A stretch of 40,635 nt of DNA from a virus (Duplodnaviria > Caudoviricetes): IMG/VR virus record IMGVR_UViG_3300032330_000963, positions 1 to 40,635 of that record, one strand, 5' to 3'. The position numbers were made by a program, and so were the translations under genes. Shown here piece by piece: positions 35,037 to 40,635 of this stretch. The notes beneath the pieces are model-generated. The model was not told where the DNA came from and made no database searches. It was given only the letters and a program-made list of their open reading frames with translations. How positions within the stretch are numbered: the stretch's first letter is position 1; every line of letters begins with the position of its first letter.

Positions 35037-37982
35037 ATGCCAAAAATTCCAATTTACGGAGAACCTCAAGTCAGTTTGGGCGGTCGTCCTCGCCAGGGCC
35101 TAAACGATCGAGAGATTGCAACCCTTGGTTATCAGGGTGGCGGTCAACTTGCAGAAGCCGGTCAACAAATCGGTAGGATCGCTGAAAAGGGTATTGAGTT
35201 TGAAGTACAACGTCAGCGCGACCAAGCTGCTATTGAGTTTGAACAAAAGCGCGCAAAATTTGAAGTTGCTCTCGATGAGGGTGACTCAAATTTTCGTATG
35301 GAAGACACAGCCAATGTCAACAAGTATGCCAATGCAGACTACGGTGGTGAAGCATCCAAGGATGAAAGCACCTATTACAACAGGACTCTGAAGCACTTTA
35401 AGAACCTGTCAAACTCAGAGGATTTCAAATCCAATAATCAATTCTTCAATCAGACCTGGCAAAAATACCTTGCAGCTAAAGAGGCTGACGTTCGCATCTC
35501 AGCGCGTAAGTTTGAAGCATCTCAACGCGTGCAGGCTCGTGAGAACAGCATTGATGACTCGCTGACAAACGACGCTAAATTAGCCGTTGCAAACCCTGAT
35601 AAGATCCCAGACATCTTGCAACGTTGGAAGAACGTGCTTGGCGGTTTTGGCAAAGATGAGAATGGTCAACCTATTCCTAACTATTCAGGAGTAGTGCGCG
35701 GTACTTTCCTTCGCGACCGACTAGATAAACTTGGACAGATCCTAGTTATTCCTGCTTTGGAGAAGATGATCATTGACGACCCCAAGTCGGCAATGGCGTT
35801 GTTGAATTCACTTGGTAAAGAACTGGGCGGTAACGCTTATAGTTTGTCTGACATCGCGATGGGTAAAACCCCAACAGCGAAGGTTGCAAGCAAACCGATT
35901 GAGTTAACTCCTGAAGCAGCAGTTAATTACCGCTTAGAACTTGAGAAAGACATCTCAGAGCTCGAGAGAGATCCCAAGAAAAACGCTGCAGAGATTGGGC
36001 GGAAACAAGAGCAAATCAAACAGATTAACGCCTACGTTAGCGAAAATCCCCCTGATAACGGCGTGGTTCGCGTTCCCGTCAAAGATTCTCCAATAAGGAC
36101 TCAACCTCAAAAAGGTGTAGCTAAAGATACTGGTGGTTACACCCTCGCAGATATACAAAGTGAACTTAACAGGGAATTGGCGCAAGTTCCCGATACTGAA
36201 GATCCTCAGTTCAAACAAAAACTTGAAGCACAAAACAAGCGAATAGACAAAATTGAAGAACGCCAAGCGGCTCTAAAGGCTGAGCAAGCACGACTTGACG
36301 CTAAATATGAAGAAGATCTAAAAGCTTGGAACGACAAACAAGCCGCTGGCCCTGATACAGGCACTGGTACGAAGGAAGTAAAACCCCTCGTGCTTGCACC
36401 TCCTCCTGAAGCAGCCCCTGGAAAATCTCCAACAACTAGTTTGATGGCTAAGTGGGGACTTGAACCCCAGGATTGGGTTCGTCTGTACTCCAAGGCAAGA
36501 GCCAACATGGACACAGTCAACGCGTACGATGAGTACCGTTTGAAAGAAGCCGTGGCAGACCACATTGCTTCTGTTGGCGCAGGTAATGCGGGTGATCCTC
36601 GCTTCAAAACAAAAGAGGGACTGGCCGGCGCAGTTGCTCAGTTGTACTCTGGTGTGTACGGGGCAGACGCTCCCAAATACACTCAGAAAGCTCAAATCTT
36701 TGTGGATGAAGCTTGGAGCAAGATTACTATTGCACAACGCGCGTGGCAGATTGGTTCTTCGCTTAAGTGGGCAGACGATCAAACTCTTGAGAGAGCCGTT
36801 GCAGGTCTTAGTCCGCAAGGCAAGGGGGCTGCTGATACCGCAGAGGTACGCGATCGCGTGATTGCCATTGTCAACTCATATCGCGCACAACGAGCTTCTG
36901 ATCCTGTAGGTTACGCAAACTCGCATCCTCAAGTCCAGAAACTTGCGCGTGATGGTGACGTAGCTGGTGCCCGCACCATGTCAATTGCTATTCAACAAAA
37001 GTTTGGAGCCCCTGATTGGCAAGTTGGTGTACTCTCTAAGGCTGAGGCAGCAGCTGAAGTTAATCGCATGCGTAATGCCGAACCCGGTCAAGTCATTTCG
37101 ATGATTCGAGACTTTGAAACTAGGTTTGGTGGACGCAACGCCGATGGTTCAATTAAATACCCAGGTCAGCTGCAAGCAGCTTGGCGCCAATTGACAACAG
37201 GTACAGATGCCCTAGATTCTTCGTGGCAGTTTGCTGCCCGGTCTATGGGGACAAATGCTGAGTCAAAAATTTACCAAGCACTCAAGGCTGACACAAAAAC
37301 GTTGCGTGATCAACTCGGTACTCTTCAAAAGACAGGCACTAGCTTTGCTGATCTTGAGTCGCAAGCCGTGTTGGAAGGTGCTGCGTTTAAGAAAGCCTTG
37401 ACAGGAAACTTGCCAGAGCGTCTTGAGATGTGGCAAGGTGCTCATACCTTGGCTGTGAAGATGGCAGCCTTAGATGTGTACACAAACAACACACCTACGT
37501 CCAAGGCACTTAAAAATGCCTTTAACGCGTTGTCGCAAAGCTTTGACGTGTCTGGCGGAACCTACGTGATTCCTCAACCGCGTCCAGGTTATCCAACCGC
37601 GTATGTCAACAAGAACATTCACGCAAACGCTGAGTATCTAAAAACCCCTGAGGCTTTGGGTCGTTTGTTTCAGATTGTTCCGCCAGCTTCTCGTGACTCT
37701 GCAATCAACAGTCAACCTAACTACAAGCAAGATTCGTACCTCAAGACTTTGGGAGCCGAATCATTTTGGATTTCAAACAACAACAACTCTGGCTTGATAC
37801 TTGTCCACAACACCACAACAGGCATTGAACCTGTGATGACTAAGACAGGTAGCATCATTGACATCAAGTTCTCTGATCTAAGTAAGGATCCAAGTGTTTG
37901 GAGACCTAAGCCTTCTGAACCCACGTTGGGTGGTCGAAGTAACTTCTTCAGAGACCCATTAAGCATTCCGATGGCGGAGTAA
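35037..37982 (+). CDS. Large internal virion (ejection) protein, 981 aa
   Basis: MPKIPIY start, mostly helical, position between the tail and ejection genes. Confidence 0.7.
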   Translation: MPKIPIYGEPQVSLGGRPRQGLNDREIATLGYQGGGQLAEAGQQIGRIAEKGIEFEVQRQRDQAAIEFEQKRAKFEVALDEGDSNFRMEDTANVNKYANADYGGEASKDESTYYNRTLKHFKNLSNSEDFKSNNQFFNQTWQKYLAAKEADVRISARKFEASQRVQARENSIDDSLTNDAKLAVANPDKIPDILQRWKNVLGGFGKDENGQPIPNYSGVVRGTFLRDRLDKLGQILVIPALEKMIIDDPKSAMALLNSLGKELGGNAYSLSDIAMGKTPTAKVASKPIELTPEAAVNYRLELEKDISELERDPKKNAAEIGRKQEQIKQINAYVSENPPDNGVVRVPVKDSPIRTQPQKGVAKDTGGYTLADIQSELNRELAQVPDTEDPQFKQKLEAQNKRIDKIEERQAALKAEQARLDAKYEEDLKAWNDKQAAGPDTGTGTKEVKPLVLAPPPEAAPGKSPTTSLMAKWGLEPQDWVRLYSKARANMDTVNAYDEYRLKEAVADHIASVGAGNAGDPRFKTKEGLAGAVAQLYSGVYGADAPKYTQKAQIFVDEAWSKITIAQRAWQIGSSLKWADDQTLERAVAGLSPQGKGAADTAEVRDRVIAIVNSYRAQRASDPVGYANSHPQVQKLARDGDVAGARTMSIAIQQKFGAPDWQVGVLSKAEAAAEVNRMRNAEPGQVISMIRDFETRFGGRNADGSIKYPGQLQAAWRQLTTGTDALDSSWQFAARSMGTNAESKIYQALKADTKTLRDQLGTLQKTGTSFADLESQAVLEGAAFKKALTGNLPERLEMWQGAHTLAVKMAALDVYTNNTPTSKALKNAFNALSQSFDVSGGTYVIPQPRPGYPTAYVNKNIHANAEYLKTPEALGRLFQIVPPASRDSAINSQPNYKQDSYLKTLGAESFWISNNNNSGLILVHNTTTGIEPVMTKTGSIIDIKFSDLSKDPSVWRPKPSEPTLGGRSNFFRDPLSIPMAE

Positions 37983-37985
37983 CGC

Positions 37986-40635
37986 ATGCCAAACTCCATT
38001 AGAAAAAAGACACTTGACCTCGGCAATCCCAATGAGTTAGTTGATAAGTCATTGGTTGATCGTGCTGAGGCCTTGAGTCTTAACTACAACTCGCAGGCTC
38101 CTTCGCAGTACTACCAGTCGTTTGGTTTTGACGAGCTGCGTTCTTCCCTGTCTGAGATTCGTAGCACTGCAATTGATTCAGGTTGGAAAGAAACCGGCAT
38201 TGATTCCCTGTCTCGCATGCGCGAGATCAACAGGGCTGAAGACCTAACCAACCTAGATCCGAATCAACTCGATCGTAAGTACAACTATTCTGCTGGCCGT
38301 GGTGGAATGACGCGTCGCGGTCGCGACAATCGACCTACGCTTGAAGAGTTCGGGATTACTGAACGACCTACTATGTTGCAGCCTGATGAGGCGAATACAA
38401 AGTATGGTATCTCAGGACACTTGTCTTGGGACAAACCAGTCAGCAGTCTTGTTGCGCAAATCCAGCATAAACGCAAGCTTGAAGAAGTTCGCATGGACAG
38501 CACGTTGAGTCGTGCTCAAGGTTTTGTAGACAACTCCATTGGGTTTGGTTTAAGCATGGGTACTGCTATTGTCGATCCTGTTGGTTTGGCAATTGGTTTT
38601 ATTCCTCTTGTTGGTGAAGCCCGTTACGCCAAAATGGGAGTTAACGCCGCTCGATTTTTCCGCGGAGCTGAGGCCGGTTTTGTTGGATCACTTGGTGTTG
38701 AGCCACTTATCTACTCAGCAAAGACGCAAGAAAAAGCAGACTACGACATGTATGACTCGCTGCTCAACGTCACCTTTGGTACGGTGGCGGGTGGCGGCTT
38801 GTTTACGGTTGGCGGCAAGATGTACGACGGTTATCGCAACCTTCGCAGCAGAAGTCATCAAGCGGCTCTTGAGCAAGCCATCAAGCAATTGTCGTCAGGT
38901 GCTGATGTAGAAGTAGGTCACGTTGCTACGCACGGAGCTGGCAGCACCAAACCAATTCTTGTCAACACTTCCGAACAAGCAGCAAATCCAGTAGGGGCAC
39001 GTATCAACCCTGCGGACCCTAATGTCCCTGCTCGCGCGCCAACTCCTCAAGATCTTGTTCAAGACTTCCCGCCTTATGTTAAACCAGCAGATCCCGTTGT
39101 TGAGGTAGAAAAGAAAAAATCATGGCTTGACTTCTTCTCTTTGAAGAAGAACAGTCCCCTTGATCCTCCTGTTGAGGCCATTGGTCGTTCAATCAGTCCT
39201 TCAACAGTTGCTGAGGCATTTAAGAACCCACAGTTGTCTGAGGCAATTCAAACAGCCGTTGACAACGGCATGCCTAACAAGATTGGTTTTTATGTCAAAA
39301 CAGCTGATGGTAACGTCATGCTTGTACGCCCCTCAGAAAAAGGCGTAGCAAACCTATTGACGGCTCCTGAGGCACTCCCTCACGGCACTGTTGACATGAA
39401 CAAACTGTCAACAGACATGACCAAGCTTTTGTCTGATCATGGCCTACTTGCAAGTGAGAATTTTGGTGTCACTTACAAGGGCTCATACAAACTAGATGAA
39501 GGCGGCATCACGCACATTCTTGAATTAGATGGTGCAAAGTTTGATCCTGAGAAGAATCAAAAACACACTGTCTTTGGACCTGAATCAGTCATCAAAAACC
39601 TGTTGTCTGAAGATCCATCAGCGCAAGTCTTGACGGGACTTAACCCTCAAGGCAAGTCTGCTGTCATGTCGTTCTACCAAGACCTAGGTTCCTTCATCAA
39701 CGATGGCGATAGCAAGTTCAAGAACTTTGCTGGGTACGACGAGACCAAGGACATCACGCAACTCAAGCAGACTGGAGACCAATTAGGCAGCAACAAAGGT
39801 GGTGTGTTCAAAGACAAGGCCGACCAGACAGATGTCTATGTGAAATTCCAAGACGCAAACCATACGCTCAATGAGTGGGTTGCAGCCACCCTGTATCGTT
39901 GGTTTCAGGTTCCTTTGCCGCAAACAACCATTGTCACAGACAAAGGAGTGACTAAGGGGATTGCTTCTAATTGGGTGTATGGCGCCAAAGCAATTGGACC
40001 TGATGACTTCAATAAACTCGATGATGCAGCCAAGCAAGACTTTATTAAGCACTTCCTGGTTGATGCGTATCTTGGCAACTGGGACGTTGTAGGTACTGGA
40101 CCTACGTGGAACATGATGCTGTTGCCAAACGGCCAGGTGATGCGTATGGATCCTGGGGGTGCTTTGCTGTATCGCGCACAAGGTGCTCCTAAAGGAGATC
40201 AGTTTGGTGCAGCCATTGATGAACTCAAAACACTGACGGACGCAGGTAAAAACCCGTCGGCAGCCGCTGTATTTAAGAACATTCCAATCGCTGCTATGGA
40301 CGACGCAGCGTATAGGATTCTTCGTATACCTCAAGACGAGATCAACAAACTTATCGACACGGCTGTTGCTCATGGCATGGATAAGGATGTGGGTACGAAA
40401 CTCAAAGATACCATGCTCAAGCGTCGTTATGAACTTGAAGTTGCCTTTAAGGATGCTGCAGTTAAAGCTGCTAAGGATCAGGGGCAGATTAAGTTCATGA
40501 ACACCAGCGATGCGCAAGCCTACTTGCATAGTTTTGGTGCTGAACTCAAAGCCAAACTTAGTCCTGCTGAGGCTAAGGCCCTGATGTCTTACACAGGTTC
40601 ATACTACGACACACTTAACCTGGCGTTGTGGGACA
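37986..40635 (+). CDS. N-terminal part of the 1165-aa internal virion protein (ejection-type N-terminus plus HipA/PI3K-like kinase); continues to 971 across the junction
   Basis: Translated by hand from ATG 37986 (MPNSIRKK...) with no stop to the window end; absent from the ORF track. Gly-rich hydrophobic segment at about 38520-38820. Kinase motifs QLGSNKGG, YVK, NEWVAATLY, DAYLGNWD and RMDPGG at about 39760-40440. Confidence 0.9.
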   Translation, partial: MPNSIRKKTLDLGNPNELVDKSLVDRAEALSLNYNSQAPSQYYQSFGFDELRSSLSEIRSTAIDSGWKETGIDSLSRMREINRAEDLTNLDPNQLDRKYNYSAGRGGMTRRGRDNRPTLEEFGITERPTMLQPDEANTKYGISGHLSWDKPVSSLVAQIQHKRKLEEVRMDSTLSRAQGFVDNSIGFGLSMGTAIVDPVGLAIGFIPLVGEARYAKMGVNAARFFRGAEAGFVGSLGVEPLIYSAKTQEKADYDMYDSLLNVTFGTVAGGGLFTVGGKMYDGYRNLRSRSHQAALEQAIKQLSSGADVEVGHVATHGAGSTKPILVNTSEQAANPVGARINPADPNVPARAPTPQDLVQDFPPYVKPADPVVEVEKKKSWLDFFSLKKNSPLDPPVEAIGRSISPSTVAEAFKNPQLSEAIQTAVDNGMPNKIGFYVKTADGNVMLVRPSEKGVANLLTAPEALPHGTVDMNKLSTDMTKLLSDHGLLASENFGVTYKGSYKLDEGGITHILELDGAKFDPEKNQKHTVFGPESVIKNLLSEDPSAQVLTGLNPQGKSAVMSFYQDLGSFINDGDSKFKNFAGYDETKDITQLKQTGDQLGSNKGGVFKDKADQTDVYVKFQDANHTLNEWVAATLYRWFQVPLPQTTIVTDKGVTKGIASNWVYGAKAIGPDDFNKLDDAAKQDFIKHFLVDAYLGNWDVVGTGPTWNMMLLPNGQVMRMDPGGALLYRAQGAPKGDQFGAAIDELKTLTDAGKNPSAAAVFKNIPIAAMDDAAYRILRIPQDEINKLIDTAVAHGMDKDVGTKLKDTMLKRRYELEVAFKDAAVKAAKDQGQIKFMNTSDAQAYLHSFGAELKAKLSPAEAKALMSYTGSYYDTLNLALWD
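40513..40635. repeat. Second copy of the 123-bp terminal overlap
   Basis: Identical to 1..123. Confidence 0.97.

Noticed and set aside
39760-40440. HipBA-type toxin-antitoxin module
   Set aside because: The kinase is an internal domain of a virion gene with no adjacent HTH antitoxin.
39783-40529. 248-aa minus-strand ORF
   Set aside because: Antisense shadow of the kinase domain; it has no motifs and runs against the strand of the module.
1-40635. tRNA, CRISPR array, integrase/att site, RNA polymerase, stop-codon recoding
   Set aside because: None recognised. Genes tile densely under the standard code, and the remaining short ORFs in the track are overlapping shadows.

Overview
The window looks like one complete, circularly permuted dsDNA tailed-phage genome of 40,512 unique bp. 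Bases 1-123 repeat exactly at 40513-40635, in the middle of a gene. It is a podovirus-type genome with two divergent arms. The + arm (24524 across the junction to 8795) carries terminase, portal, scaffold, capsid, tail tubes, internal/ejection proteins, tail fibres and lysis genes in a T7/BPP-1/epsilon15-like order. The - arm (23843 to 8792) carries small early genes, a five-gene nucleotide-modification cluster, PolA, nuclease, SSB, AEP primase and two helicases. I found no RNA polymerase, integrase, tRNA or CRISPR array. Two things stand out. (1) A 1165-aa putative ejection protein, mostly missed by the ORF track because it spans the contig junction (37986..40512 + 1..971), carries a HipA/PI3K-like kinase domain and an R-S-ExE ADP-ribosyltransferase domain, so it is a candidate injected dual post-translational effector. 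(2) A tightly coupled operon (SAM methyltransferase, MazG-like dNTPase, dNMP kinase fused to a UDG-like domain, dCMP-type thymidylate-synthase homolog, dCMP deaminase, PolA) predicts an unknown modified pyrimidine in the phage DNA. All calls come from reading motifs by eye; no database searches were run.
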